Assembly (NCBI GenBank): GCA_024679065.1
Contig: JAGIQG010000018.1
Coordinates: 35,216,001 to 35,280,000, forward strand
DNA length: 64,000 nucleotides
Direction: 5' to 3'
From: Sphyrna mokarran
Taxonomy: Eukaryota
Part shown: one piece after another, positions 12,546 through 26,797 of the stretch
Numbering within the stretch: the first letter of the stretch is position 1
Layout: the number at the start of each line of letters is the position of its first letter
The notes under the pieces: generated by a model
What the model saw: only the letters and a program-made list of their open reading frames with translations
Databases searched by the model: none
What the model was told of the DNA's origin: nothing
Position numbers and translations under genes: made by a program

Positions 12546-13553
12546 TTAAATTAAATTAAAGGAATGACTGAAACATGGAATGAATAATGCAAAGGACGTG
12601 TATTATTTAGTTTTGTTTATAGTCCTGAATATATACATACAAACATACGAATTAGGAGCAGGAAGCAGAGCCTACTCCACAATTTAATAAGACCATAACT
12701 AATTTGATTGTGATCTTAATGCCACTATCCTGTCTGTCCTGATACCCTTTGATTCTCTTGTTAATAAGAATCAATCTACCACTGCATCATAAATATTCAA
12801 AGACCCTGCCTTTACTACTCTACTGCTGAGAGTGTTCCACAAACCCATAAGCCTCTGAGAAAAAAAGAAAATCTTCTCATCTCTGTCTTCAATAGGAGAT
12901 CCCTGAGTCCCCTAATTCTGGTCGCTCTTTCAGCATCCACTCTGTCAAGTATTTCTGTCAGTCTGCAGACATTTAGCTTTTTGGACCTTCTGAATAAAAG
13001 ATATTTGCTTTTTGTTTACAGTCTTATTATCTTCCAATTTATATTTGGCTAAAGCAACTCTAGCTATTTAAAATGATATAAAATAAAGACAGAAGCTCCC
13101 TGTTGTCAGACTTGCTATGCTGGACTTCATTTCATCTGCTTATAGGATCAGGCTTCCCCACCTCACTGATCCATATTGCAATTTTAAGTAATCAAAACAT
13201 TGGATATACCAATCACTGAGGAATTGTCCCTGACTGCAGTAAGTTATTGAAGACATCAATCAATGATTCATATATGACCCGATTTTCTTAAGTAATCCAG
13301 GATAAATTGAATCCTGTTCTGTCGAACTATCAATCTTAAATCCATTAACCTTGGTCCACATTATGTCATGTATGACTTCTAATTTAATCCAAACAGGGAT
13401 CCTATAATCATAATTATTTTCAGGCATGAAAACAGTTGTGAAATAGTTACTTAATCTATTAGTCATTTCTTTAGCTTTGATAATAATCTATCCTGATACA
13501 ATTTCTCTCTTATGGAATTCCCAGAAAGTTGCGACTGGAAAAAGTAATGAATG

Positions 13554-14101
13554 AAAACAAAGAACAAAACAGCATGGGAAACATGCCCTTCGGCCCAACG
13601 AGCCCGCGCCGCCACCCCGATGTTCCCACTTCTACCCATGATCCCTGTCTATGTTTATAGATCTATGCATTGAAACCAAATTTGAGACAATTTAGGGAGA
13701 ATTTGTTCTGCCAATCAGCCTAAGAGCACATCTTTGGGATGTGGGAGAAAACCCCTGCAAGCACGGGGAGAATGCGCAAACTCCCACAGACATAGGCCCA
13801 AATCCAGGTACCTGCACAGCACAGCAATAGTCACTGAGCTGTCGTGTTGCCCATCAAATGGTCCAGGTCAAGCATACACTAACGACATGAAGCACTAGGA
13901 TACTCTTGAAAAATTCAAGAGCAGCCCTCTCACGACCCATCGTGTGTATGCCCCTTGTTGCCAAGGCAGACCAAAGTACCTGTAGGATAAAACAAATACA
14001 TCAATATCATCGACAATTTACACACTTCCCAAGGAACTCCCAAGGCTCATGATCCCTATTTTAAATCAGTTTTCTATACCCCTCCATTCCCATTTGACTA
14101 C
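13554..14101 (-). mobile_element. Chimeric CR1/SINE family, copy B, with 11-bp TSD agtaatgaatg
   Basis: Reverse complement of about 44450-45015. TSD at 13543-13553 and 14102-14112. Confidence 0.9.
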
Positions 14102-14927
14102 AGTAATGAATGGTTTAACTACTCTATTTGACTTCCTTCACTTAGCTGCTGCTGTCATATCACCAAAGCGAAAGATATGCCTAGTAATAATAGTTTGACT
14201 CTCTTTTCCTAATTAATTTATGAAGCTCCCTGTCTTTTTCAGTGTGTTGTCCATTTAAAATAGATACTAGGTATCAGTCTGGCACTTAAACTTGGTTTCC
14301 TTTGTATCAAAACTATTTCCACTGATCCCTCTTGATGAATCAATTCCTTGCTCTCAAACCACATTTTCCAAAAGAACACAAACACTTTATAATCTATAAA
14401 TACTTTATAATCTATCTAACACATTTTAAACCTTATATTTGCAATACTATTCTAATATTTCATAGAAGATGCAACAGAGAAACAACTCAACTAATCCATG
14501 CTTATATTTATGTTCCATTTGAACTTTCTCCTGTCCTTCTTCAAGTAACTATCTGCCTAATCCTTTACCCCTTCTTGTTTGTCTAGCTTCCATTTACATA
14601 TGTTGTGTAGACATGAACTACTTTCTTCCCTGCAAATTACTCCCAATCTTAAGCCATATTTCTGTGATACCTAAAAGACTGAAATGCTCAATCATAACAT
14701 TTATCTTCCAGCAATGTTCTTAATACATTCTGTACTTTGTTTTAATGGTTTATTAGGACTCTTTTTAATACTAGATCTATCACATGAACTACTTTCCCAA
14801 GTTATTTAAATTAAAAACAAGTTAGAAACAAGTGGCGATGTGATGGGGGCAGTAGGTCATATTTGGCAGTTGTCATTCAATGCCAATAAATGTTGAAGTA
14901 TATACATGGAGAGGCATTGCCAAGCAT

Positions 14928-15210
14928 GTCCAAAGATGTGCACGTTCGGTGGATTGCTAAAATGTTCCTTAGCGTCCAAAGATTTGTAGGTTAGATGGAT
15001 CGGCCACGCTAAAATGTCCTTAGTGTCCAAAGATTTGTAGTTTACATGGATTGGCTATGCTAAATTGGACCTTAGTGTCCGAAGATTTGTAAATTAGATG
15101 GATTAGCCATGGTAAATTAGTGGGATTATGAGAATAGAGCAGGATGTGTCTGGGTAAGGCATCTTTTGGTGCAGACCCAATTGGCCAAATGACCTCCTTC
15201 TGCACTGTAT
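14928..15210 (+). mobile_element. HE1/V-SINE 3' part with four tandem ~50-bp units
   Basis: gtccaaagat..ggtt..gattggc.atgctaaat..ccttagt unit repeated four times, then a CR1-like tail. Confidence 0.75.
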
Positions 15211-16429
15211 GGGCCTCTTTTAAGGTCAAACCAAATAGACAAACTCAAATTAAATTAGGACAAAGTAAAAGGGGCAACTCCCCAAAAGAGGAACAGCCCG
15301 AACAAAATCAAAGTACAAAGGAAACTTAAAAACGTCAAATTAAAATATAATTTCTAGGGTCAATAATGCATCCCATCCCCTACAGTGCTCAATGGGTGTG
15401 GAAGGCATCAACTGCACTGTATGGGTTCTGTAGTTATATGCATGTCACATAGGTCTATGTAGAAAAAGGAGCTGAAGTAGGCTAAGTCCCTCTAGCCTGC
15501 TTCACCAGTGAATAAGAGTGTGGCTGATCATCTAACCTCAACTCCACCTTCCTATACAATCCCCATTTCTATTGATTCCCTTGGTGTTCAAAAATCTATG
15601 GCTAATGAACATACTGAAGGACCATATCCATAGTTCTCTTTTTTTAAAAGTTTTAAAAGTTTATTTTCAAAATAAATATCAGTCAACTTAAGTTTTCAAA
15701 GACTTTGATTTTAAGCTGTTTGTTCAGATTATCATTTGTAGGATCAGAATGGATCATAGCATAGCCAATATTAGGATTCAATTTAAGTAGATCTTCAGAT
15801 AGCGATAAAAATTATAGAAAACCATTTTCATTCAATATTAGGCAGCAAAACCTTGGCCTCTAGACATCAGCATGATTCAAAATATAGTTCAAAGCAATCT
15901 TGCTCTAAAGGCAAAAAGGTAAGAGTGATATCCTTCTACTACCATCCCAGTCCAAAACAAAACACTCTATGCTCCACATAGTTTATTGCTGTCTGTAAAT
16001 GGCAGGGAAAGGGACCCCCAAAAATTCAAATGATAGATCTACCATATCCATATCCTTTGCTTGGCAAAGGCTTCAACACTTCCATGTATTACCATCACCA
16101 TGTTTCCTGTTGAGAGCTAACCTTGAGGTAAGATGGGACAATCTGGTTTTGGAATGGGTAAAAACAAAATTTTGTAAAATTTTATAAATGCTTAATGGGT
16201 TGGCGTGCATTTCAGATCACATTGTGATAACATTCTAGTTTTCAGACTGCATCTAAAATCTGTAAACAAAAATGTGTTGAGGAATAGACCACTTTTGAGC
16301 TTTAAAATAGTTCTCTGAGCTACATAATTCCGAAGATTCGTAATTCTTTGAGTGAAGAAAACCAATTCCTTATCCTAATCAAACTGTAATCCAATTCCCC
16401 AGCAATGAGACGAAAACGTTAAACGGCAT

Positions 16430-16844
16430 TTGGAACGCACCAAAGGGCGCGAGTAACGGCTACCTTCGGATAACAGCTTGGTTTTCTGAAAGCGGGCAAG
16501 CTGAAGGGGCGTGCTTTTCTCTAGGCGGGAGAGGTAAACGGGAGATGAGGTGGCTCAGCTTTCTCAGCAAGGTCGGGGATGAAGGGACCTGCTTTTCCCG
16601 GGGAACGAGGAGTGAAGGGGCGTGACTTTCTTAGAGGGCGGGAATGGGGAGGTGGAAGCGATGACGTGCACACGTATCCCATGATGCGGCGCGCTGCTGG
16701 CCACGTCCCCGGGCCACGTCGCTGCCACCGCCATTTTGAGGGGGCCGGCCTCAGAAGGAGGAGCTACTCTAGCTCAGCTGTCGGACGAGCTTCGGTTCGG
16801 ACTCTTTTTCTGTCTCTCAGACTCACTCTTTCAACTCGCCCATC
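16430..16844 (+). promoter_or_regulatory. CpG-rich KDELR2 promoter/5' UTR with Sp/KLF boxes, ACGT-core elements and a YY1 motif
   Basis: Local CpG enrichment; GGGGCGTG and GGGCGGGA; TGACGTG 16662-16668; GCCACGT 16700-16706 and 16713-16719; CCGCCATTTT 16728-16737. Confidence 0.75.
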
Positions 16845-16935
16845 ATGAATATCTTTCGGTTGGCCGGCGATTTTTCGCATTTAGTGGCTATCATCATCCT
16901 GCTGCTGAAAATATGGAAGACCCGGTCCTGTGCTG
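16845..16935 (+). CDS. KDELR2: ER lumen protein-retaining receptor 2, exon 1 (MNIFRLAGDFSHLVAIIILLLKIWKTRSCA)
   Basis: catcATG start, 91 nt, G|gtgagt donor, KDEL receptor N-terminus. Confidence 0.97.
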
Positions 16936-19254
16936 GTGAGTTCCGGGCTGGGACTTTCTGTTGCTATGGGAAGTGGGGGAGGAGGGTCGCAAGGCCCCAG
17001 GAGTAGAGGATGAGGGAGATCTTTTAATTTAAAATCAAATAGAATATTATTTAGTATTTATCTCTGCTACTCTATGTTAACACGTTATTGTATATAAAGT
17101 GAGTTTATATTAATTCTAAGCCATCATTGTGATATCAATAGATTCACAATGATCAATTATATCACCGGTGACGTGTAGAAACAGTGAGAGTGATGTGGCC
17201 CATGGATGGGTGGTCGATCTGAAATGCGATACCCGATGTCTCGTTTCTCTTCCCCCTCCAACCTCCACCCCTCGGTGATGCTGATGCCCGGGCGCCTGCT
17301 GACCTCTCGGGTGTGCAGTGAGCCCGGAGTAGGAGCTAATGAAGTCTGGTTACCTGTCAGTGTCCCGCCCCCAATCACTCATTCACACTATCTTACTGCC
17401 ACTCCATTTTTGCAGCAGGCGCCATCAGTTTTCTGTAAAATGCTGAGTGAATTATTCGCAGCTGTTTTTTTTTATTTGGCAAGATGCGATTGCTTTATAT
17501 ATAGTTCATTTGAAAGCTAGATCCCTTTTTTCGCTGAACTCAGGGGCGTCTGTGTAGAGAACAGAATATTAGAAGAACTCAGGCATTTGTCGAGCGAGAA
17601 ACAATTAACAATTCTTCAGAGCGACATTGACGCGAAACGTTAGCTTTGTTTTTTTCTCCTCATATTGCTTAGACCAATTGAGTTTATCTTGCATTTTCCG
17701 TCTTTTATTTCACGTTTTTGCTTTAATTAGTTTTGAAATTAGTTTCTTTACAAGTTTGCATTCCCATCCTGCTTTCGTGGCGTGTGGAACTAGCTCCGGT
17801 TTGTGCTTAAATAGGGACTAACTGTCACCGTACAATGATTGCTTGAAAGGTGTTCGTACTGTTTAATGCTCGGAGTTTTATTTCTGCTCTCTCCCCACTT
17901 TATGATCTTTAGTTTCCCTATCCTACTCTGACGTGGCAACCGCTTTGTAGGTGTGGTGTAGGAGGGAGCTGCCTTTTCGGGGTCTCATTCTGCAAAGGAA
18001 AAAGATTTGTGCACATCCTGTGAAAGAGATTTCTAACTTTTGCATGTCGATACGCGGTTAGCACGGCAAACCTCCTCGTTGATGTGAGCATTCCACGATG
18101 AGAAAAAGCTACGCGGCATTTTGTAAATCCTGGTCTTTGTTGCTTCCCCATCTTTGATCGACATAACGCATGCGTACGAATTGCATCCGATTCACTAATA
18201 TTCGAAATGATTAGATTGCAAGTGTGTGTGGAGAGTGTTTTTTAATTGAGTTTTCCGCTGCACCGCTGAATTGGTTACCGAAGAGCTTGGTTCTGCCACT
18301 CTGACCATGAGTAATTAGTAAAACTGTAACTGCCAACATAATCTCGCTGTTCGACTGGGACAACTGGCCAATTCGAGCCCTGTAATGGTTTGCAGAATTA
18401 TCTGCAGTTAAGTGGATAAAATATCAAGTTCTCGGTGGCGGCTTATCCCTCCAGGTTCCAAGAATGAGCCAGGCTGACACCTGTCATTTTGAGATGAAAG
18501 ATTCATTTGATCTCCCGTTTATCCTTATGTGGATCTTGAAATTGGAGTACCAGTCCTAGTTAAAATCCAAAATTCTGACTGAATTACTCTTGATATTATG
18601 ATGAAATACAGTTCAAGGAAACATGTACGTGAATAAAATAGTCATTTCTGATTATATTGTAAATCTATGCCGATATAAATAACTTTGTACTGTTTTCTTA
18701 TTACATATTGCCATCATCTCGCAATACTGTTCTGAGAAGCAGAAATATTTGTGCAAATTAAAGTCAGGAGTTGGAACTCTAATCTGGCAGCCACTGATGC
18801 TTCAAATTCAGTGAAGTGCTTTTTTACTCCCTTAGATATGTAGAAACGTTAAGTACACAAAATATTTGCAATTCTGGAATATTAGTGTCCACTGGAAAGA
18901 TGCCAGTTGTCCCCTGACCACAAACTTTGTTGGCTCACTGACTCTTGTGGAACAAAGCTTTGTTTTGGCTAGTTCTCAATTAAGTACTTTAATTTCTGCA
19001 AGTAAGGTCTTTGCTTATAAAAGAATGTCTTGTTTAATTGAATAAGAAAGTTATGCCTCTCCTTGCAGTGTGTATACATTTATCAGCAGGCTTAAATCCC
19101 TTTTTGTTTGCTGATAGGGAGCAGAAAGGACACTTAGTAGGTAAGTATCCCAATTCCAAAGACTACTGTGTCACTGATGTTGAGTAGCAATTTGAATTGC
19201 AGACTTGTTCTGTGACTCTGAACTATTGGACTTTGCTTATTCCTCGGTTGTCAT

Positions 19255-19705
19255 TATAGAAACAGAAGATAAGAGGAGGCTGTTTGGTCCTTCGAGCCAG
19301 CTCCTCCATTCGTTATGATCATGGTTGATCGTCCAACTCATTAACCTAATCCTGCTTTTTCCCCATAACCTTTTGATACCAATTACACTCAGTGCTGTGT
19401 CTAGCTGCCTCCAATACATTCAATTTTTTAGAATCAACTACTTCCTGTGATAATGAATTTCACAGGCTCACCACTTCTTGGGTGAAAAAAATCACCCCTC
19501 ACTATCCTAAATGGTCTACCTCAGACTGTGACCCTCTGTTCTGGACTCCCCCCACCATCAGGGATATCCTTTCTTTCTAGCCCAATTAGAATTTTATAAG
19601 CATGAGGTCCCCCTCAATCATCTGAACTCTAGGAAAAACAATTTTAACCTGGTTAATCTCTGTTCATGCATCAATCCCATCATCCCTGGAATCAGCCTGG
19701 TAAAT
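19255..19705 (-). mobile_element. CR1 LINE 3' fragment
   Basis: CR1-type tail (ggtccttcgagccagctcctccattc) and ORF2 end on the minus strand. Confidence 0.75.
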
Positions 19706-20044
19706 AATCCTATGCCTTGTGTCTCATTTTAAAAATGTCAATATTTGTGTTCTTCCCTCACAACCAGTAATTAATGACCACATGAATTCAGTGGCAATTA
19801 TAAATATGATGTATGAATTTGCTACTATTAACTATTTCAGAAGTTGTGTTAGTCCATTTAGGTCTATATAAAATAATTTTAAGTCAGGTTAACCTGTTTG
19901 TCTATATAAAATGGAGTCACAGTTGCATCATGTGATTTGCATGACCTGTTCTTGTATAATTTTAGCAGTTATAGCATTTGATTTTATCCGGTATCAAGCT
20001 ATTTCCCAGCTTCTTTGTATATCCTTATTTCATTGTTGTTTTAC

Positions 20045-20369
20045 GCTTGACCTGGACCATTTGATGGGCAACATGACAGCTCAGTGACTATTGCTGTGCT
20101 GTGCAGATACATGGATTTGGGCTTGTGTCTGTGGGAGTTTGCGCATTCTCCCCGTGCTTGCGTGGGTTTTCTCCGGGTGCTCCGGTTTTCTCCCACATCC
20201 CAAAGATGTGCTCTTAGGCTGATTGGCAGAACAAATTCTCCCTAAATTTGCTTCCAATGCATAGATCTATAAACATAGGGATCATGGGTAGAAGTGGGAA
20301 CATCAAGGTGGCGGCGTGGGCTCGTTGGGCCAAAGGGCTTGTTTCCTGTGCTGTTTTGTTCTTTGTTCT
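20045..20369 (+). mobile_element. Chimeric CR1/SINE family, copy C (shortest)
   Basis: gcttgacctggaccatttgatgggc..(tgttctt)n, colinear with 44676-45015. Confidence 0.85.
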
Positions 20370-21614
20370 ATAACATGTTACAGGTGCAACTGGAAGGTTC
20401 ATTTCTTAGAGCCTACGTGGAATTTGACAGGGTGGTGTAGCTTCCTGCTATGCAAATTTAAACAAGTTTATACAATTATCATCTAATGAATATTGAACAT
20501 TAAATTCCCAGTTTGAGTCAGGTGTTGAGATTTCTGAGGAATATGTTTGTCATCTTTGGTGTTGCTGCAGGGCATACTTTGATTCAACAAAGCAACCAAC
20601 ACTCTTACTAGTTTCAGGCACAAACTGCAGATCTAGGATGGTAAGCTTAACATCTTTTTTCAGTGTGGATTACAAAAGGCAAAGTTCAATGGGCAGGAAA
20701 GGAAGAAATATTGTCCCCTAAATATAATTGATATTTGCCTCTTGTTAAATCTAATTGTGGCAGTTATCCTAGTTGTTTTCTGTATGTGTATTGTTAAAGT
20801 GTCACATCAGTTAAGAATTGTCCCAACAATCTGATAGGAATCCATTCATTTTTTTTTTGTGAAGTGGCTGTAACTATATTTTTCACATCATTAGGATTAG
20901 AGAAATTTCTGGGTGCACCTTGTTACTTTGGATAGCTGTATGTGTTGTCTAATCTCTGTTTTACAGAATGTTAATGAGTTCACAGTTCCCTCACTGTTTG
21001 TGAAGCACCTTCGAGCAGCATTTGTAGTCCTTGCTATAAGTGTAGATGGTAAATAAACTATCCATCTCAGTGACTACGTTCTTATGAGTTGGAAAGTTGT
21101 GGGTTCAGGCCCCATTTCAAGTGCTTAAGCACACAATCTGCCCTCATAGGTAGGTGGAAAAGGTTCCATCATACTATTTTATAAAGGAGCTGGGGAGCTT
21201 TCCACTCTGCTGGCTAATAGTCAGTTATCATCAATACAACTGCATCTCATAAATTATCATGTCAGAGTGAAAATGCTTTGGGATGTCCAGAAAGTAAAAT
21301 AGCTTGATGTACTTTTTCTCCCTCCATTTTTTTTCTTTGGATTGGTGAATGTTAGTTCCTGTGATTTCTAAATTTAGAGTTAGATATAATTGCTGACAAA
21401 ATTCTGTCAATATGTATGCGCATGCAATTTTTCTGCTATTATCATTTTCCCAAGAAGAAACCTATGGAGGTGAAATGGTGCTAGAATATATTAATGAAGA
21501 GGAGAAAAACTAGGTGGAAGCTGATTTCCTGTTCAGTGTATGAGTGAGATGGATAGCAAAATGATTACACAAACCAATCTGCTTCTGGGGCTTCCTCTGG
21601 ACTCTGGAAGATCA

Positions 21615-22590
21615 GTATATAGAGCTTTACAGCATGGAAACAGGCCCTTAACAGCCCAACTTAAATCCCTAAGCTAATTCCAATTGCTTGCATTTGGCCC
21701 ATATCCCTCTATACCCATGTAACTATCTAAATGCTTTTTAAAAGACAAAATTATACCCATCTCTACTAGTACCTATGGCACCTTGTGCCGTTAATCATCC
21801 TGTGAAAAATATTGCCCCCGGACACTCTTGTATCTCTCCTCTCACTTTAAATTTCGGCCCTCTAGTTTTAGACTTCCTATCTTTGGTAAAGATATTGCCT
21901 ATCAAGTCCCTTGTTATTTTGTAGACCTCTATAAAATCACTCCTCAGCCTTCTATACTTCAGAAAAAGTAGTCCCAGTCTATCTAGCCTCTCATTATAAC
22001 TCAAACCATCACGTCTAGATAGCATCCTGATGAATCTTTTCTGCACTCTTTCTAATTTAATATCCTTTCTATAACAGGGTGATCAGAACAGTATTCCAAA
22101 AGTGGCCTTATCAATGTCTTGTACAACTTCAACAAAATGTCCCAATTCCTGTAATCAATGTTCTGACCAATGAAGCCAAACATACTGAAATGCCCTCTTC
22201 ACCACTCTATCTACCTGTGACTTCATTTTCAAACAGCTATGAACATGTACCCTAAGGTCTTTGTTCTGTAACTCTCCTTAGTGCCCTACTATTGAACCAG
22301 GGCAGGACTTAGTTAATCTACCAAAATGCATTACCTCTCAATTATCTAAATTAAACTCCACCTGCCATTCATCAGCCTACTGGCCCAATTGATCAAGATC
22401 CTGTTGAATCGAAGATAATTTTCTTCACTGTCCACTATGCCACCAATATTGGTATCATCTGCAAACTTACTAACCATGCCTCTTATTTTCTCATCCAAAA
22501 TAAGTGGATAACACTGCTGGTCACAGGCTTCCAGTTCGAAAAACAGTCCTCTACAATTACCCTCTTGCTTCTGGCAAGAAACCAATTTTG
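21615..22590 (-). mobile_element. CR1 LINE RT fragment
   Basis: SKFADDTNIGG and QKRFIRML..YNERLDRLGL peptides. Confidence 0.9.
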
Positions 22591-25500
22591 TATCTCATAT
22601 AATATCAAATATTGTATCCAATATCAAAATAAGATTTTGTATTTTTATATGGTATCTGTTTAGTTTTTTGTGAACCATATCATCAGATCTTTGCTACACT
22701 ACAGTGGGAGGGTGTTGAAATGGTCTTGAGAGGAACCATTTTTTAAAAAAGGGTGGGGGAGAGAGTAAGAATCAATAAATATCTGCAATTGGGATTAAAC
22801 CACATGTATTATTAATTTAAATTTAAATCTTCTGCATGCATTGCAGAATGTAGAACCAAAGGATTGCAGCTTCTGTTTTCTCCACTTATCCTAAGTAGTT
22901 GTTCTGTGTATTTAGCATCCCCACATCTTAGTTTTGAAAGACAGTTTACCAAGTGAAATATTTTTGAATTAGCTTGCAACTAAAGTGAAAACAGCCATAT
23001 TGTAAATCCTGCACTAAAGCCATATATTGTAAAATGTAACTTTATGACTGGTTTCACTTTCCATTTCTGGGGTTGGTTGTTTTAATATACTAAATTTACT
23101 TTTTATACTAATATATTTTTATACTAAAGTAATTGAACTGCCTACTCCAGTTCTGGAAGTAGACAGATGGACATCTTTTGTTCCTACATAACTTGGAAGA
23201 TTTAACTACTAAAATATAGCCAGAGAGCACACCTGATCCAACATTTACAAGATTGTAATGCAGATCCAAGAGATACCAGATCTGACTTTCAAGCGTTTCA
23301 GTTGCTTGTTTCAAAATGTCCATAGCAGCTGCTGCACAACATCAGATTGAATTCAATCATGATGTATGTGAATAAATATACATTACAGAAAGGCTTGTAA
23401 CCCCAATCAAAGTTGTATCTGCACTCAGGAAATTATGTTGTCATCTTCTGTGATTCAGTGCTGTTGCTTTCAGTCATACAGTTTGCATGCTGTGATTCTT
23501 AATGCAGGTATTAAATATTGCATTTCAGCTGAGGAAAGTTAGAACATGCTGTACCTATTATCCCTGAAATAAGCCAATCTTTATTTACAAAAGTTGTTCT
23601 CTTAATGTTAAAATCCATTTGGGGACTAGTGAATGCGTTCACTGCAGATTTTGTTTTGACGCTATTTTCTCAACTGGTGCTGTTGCTCTTTTTTAGACTG
23701 TATGTTTACTTCTGTTTAAATTTATAGTAATTTTGAATTGTATTTAAGCATGCATTTCCCAAATTATTTTATCACTTGATGAGCTTGTGTTTTTATTAAT
23801 GAATGTGTGAATCTTTTGTATTGTCTGATTGGAAATTTGGTCTTTCCAAAAACGAAGGCTGCCTCTACAAAGAGGAATTCACAAATTCCTTTTGTGAAAT
23901 TTGGCTCAGTTTACTGATCTATAGTTTTCACTACCTCATGTTAAATTTACTTTTTCCCATGGTTCCTTGTTTTAATCAGTATTTGCCAAATGAAGTTAGT
24001 AAGCAGACCTAAATATATAAAGATTCAGCCAGATCAACTGAAGGATGGTGTGTACATTTGAAGAGAGTCAGAAATTGCCCTATGGCATCATTTCTTGTAG
24101 ACAAAAGATGAGGACAAGCTAGTCAGAGTTCCCATTATTTGGTTTTTGCCATTTAGGGAATGACCATTGCTGGCAGGACCAACATTGATTGCTTCTCTCA
24201 GCAGGAGGCAGTGTCTTTGGCTGGGATGTGGAGAAGGCAAAAAGACTATTTGAATACTCCTGTACTAAATTTTGACTCAGTTTGAATTTGATTATGAAGG
24301 AGTGCTGAGGCTGTTTTTGGGAAGTTCATAATGCAGTTTTTCAGCATTTTCAGGTGCTAGTCAGAAGTATAAAACTAACAATTTAATGTGTACAGTTGAT
24401 CCTGATGAGGCCTCTTTGTGCTGTAAAACTCTGTGACCAATTATGATTTGAAGGGATAAAGCAGATCATTCCAATAGCATGGTTGTAACTGGTCTAAAGC
24501 ATGTTCCTGCTGCATGACTGCTATAAAAGCATTTTTGTTGGGCCATTGGCCTGAGGTGCTGAATAGATGTCTCTATATAGTGCTCCTGCTGGTTTGAAGT
24601 CTTGAGTCATGAAATGTGTGCATGTTGATCCCCTGAGTTGAGGAGAGAGAAATATTTCAGCTTGTTTCTACATTCCCTTCAGTTTGCAATACTTTTTGTT
24701 CCTGTCAACTAAATGACCCAGTTACTGTAAACTGAAATTATCAGCTCACTTAGCTTGCTAAGTAATGCAGTTATCGCTGAGGTGATGCTGGTGATGCCAG
24801 TTAGCACCTTGGTTTTGCAGCTTGCTGGATTTGCACAGCAAAGTGATCATTTCATGGTGATTTAGTTTGAAGGAAAACCATTGGGAACATTCTAGTTCAG
24901 AAGTTTCCTAAAATGTCAATATAAATTGGAACAATGTCCTTAGTGCAAATAGAGAAATATATAAATGCTTTTGAAGATAGCAGTGAGCAAATGCTTCTGA
25001 CTCAAGTTTTGAATTTAATTAACCTGGGACTGTAACTTCAGTTTTTTTGTTCTGCTATCTCTGTACTATGAACTACTCTGAGTTACAAAGTGTGAAATCC
25101 TGGGTGTGTGCATGCAGTCAAAATCTGTAATCTCTGTTCCTGACTTAATGCAAACAAGTCAAATTAGTTGCACACACGGGTTGTTCCCAGACTGCCAGCA
25201 GTCCTCCTATAGCTGGCTGTGAAGAGTCCTCAATCTCTGACTTCGTAGCTCAGGAAGCTATCACACTGAACATCAGTGTTATGTGACAATCCACCTTTGA
25301 CATTTTAATGTTTCAAACAACCTCATGACTAATCTAAAAATGGGTTGTCTTCCCAGACACAGTCCCTTTTGGTACAAAGATGACCACTGTTTAGATTCAT
25401 TTTTTCCTCTTCTGTCCAGAAGAGCCCAGGAAGTTTCTATATTTCAAACAGATGTTGAGAAATGTGATTCACGTGGTCTGTAACATAAATAAGCTGTGAA

Positions 25501-26696
25501 TGGGATCTTAATCTAATTGACAATGAAACAATCACAACAGTGCTCAGTGTGCAAAACAAATTGGATATTGGGGTGTATTAAAATGTCAATATTGAGCTAA
25601 AATTTAATTTTGCCACTAACTAAGTGCACTTGGAATCCTGATTGCCAAAATATAGTGTTGTAGTGGTGAAGGGCTATTCTGGAGCAAATAATGATTGTAT
25701 TCTGAGGGTGGTTTACATAAATTAGGCTTTTTTTAATGAAAAGAGCAGGTTGTGAAGTGATTTTTCTTTTAAGAACACTAAAGTGGCTAGATATTGTAGA
25801 TCGTAAGCTTTTTAAATTTTACCCAGCACAGTTTCCAAAGTATGGTGTTCAGCTACAGTCTGCAAGATCCACTGACCCACTTTAACATTCTTGGGCTAAC
25901 CAATCTTATTGCTATTTTGAAATTTTCTTGCATTTTGAGAATTTCCACTACCCTTTGTCACCATTGAGCAGCCTTGTTCTAATTTTAAGGTTATGCCCTT
26001 TTGAACTGAACATTCTAACCACAGATTCTCTTCACATACATTTTTAATGGAATTAAAATTTCACCGTAATTTGCAGGGGAATTTCACAGTCAGTTCATTG
26101 CAATGTTAATGTAAGCCTTACTTGTGACTAATAAATAAACTTTGACTTTAAATTTTCAAAAAAATTGGAATCTGCAGAAATAATGTTTCAATAAATGTGT
26201 GGATATTTCTTCTTACAGAAGCAGTGGAAGTAAATAGTATTTCATTTAATCAAATGGATTTATTCCAGAACTTAGTGTTTCAATTTAATGTTGTATTCCA
26301 AAAATATGGTAATATGTAACATGCCTAGGAGGAACAGGTAATGTTGGACCTTGAGCCAAAGCTCTCCATCACTGCAGGTTTCATTGGTTCAAATTGTCTG
26401 TTACAAAAAAAATTGCTATGATTAGTCAACAGTATCACTGAATTGGGATACCATGCCATAAAGTAACCTACATGGGTGTAGGTCTGTATTGTAACAATAT
26501 TTAGTGTAATATTGAATATTTTAGATAGCATGTCTCAAGGTGAACTGTCAAGCTAATTCAGTAGGAATCTAGATTTATGCAATGTCATTTGAGGCAACAA
26601 TCCCTAGAGTATTTGAGGATCTATGCATACAAATATGTCTTACTGAGGAAATTCTCACTTGCATTTTGAGTAACATGATTTTTTTTGCTTCCTTAG

Positions 26697-26797
26697 GTAT
26701 CTCTGGGAAGAGTCAGATTCTGTTTGCATTGGTCTTTGTTACTCGATACTTGGATCTGTTCACGATTTTCATCTCTCTGTACAACAGTGCCATGAAG
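26697..26797 (+). CDS. KDELR2: KDELR2 exon 2 ([34 protein letters not shown])
   Basis: ttag acceptor, gtaaac donor, 101 nt, in phase. Confidence 0.97.

Noticed and set aside
14928-15120. Regularly spaced repeats resembling a CRISPR array
   Set aside because: Eukaryotic SINE-internal tandem units with no unique spacers and no cas genes.
17555-17712. Old Penelope-pLTR-like remnants (also about 1645-1765, 34585-34660, 40295-40470) as active ribozymes
   Set aside because: Too degenerate: only a partial gaaacgtt core is visible and there are no TSDs.
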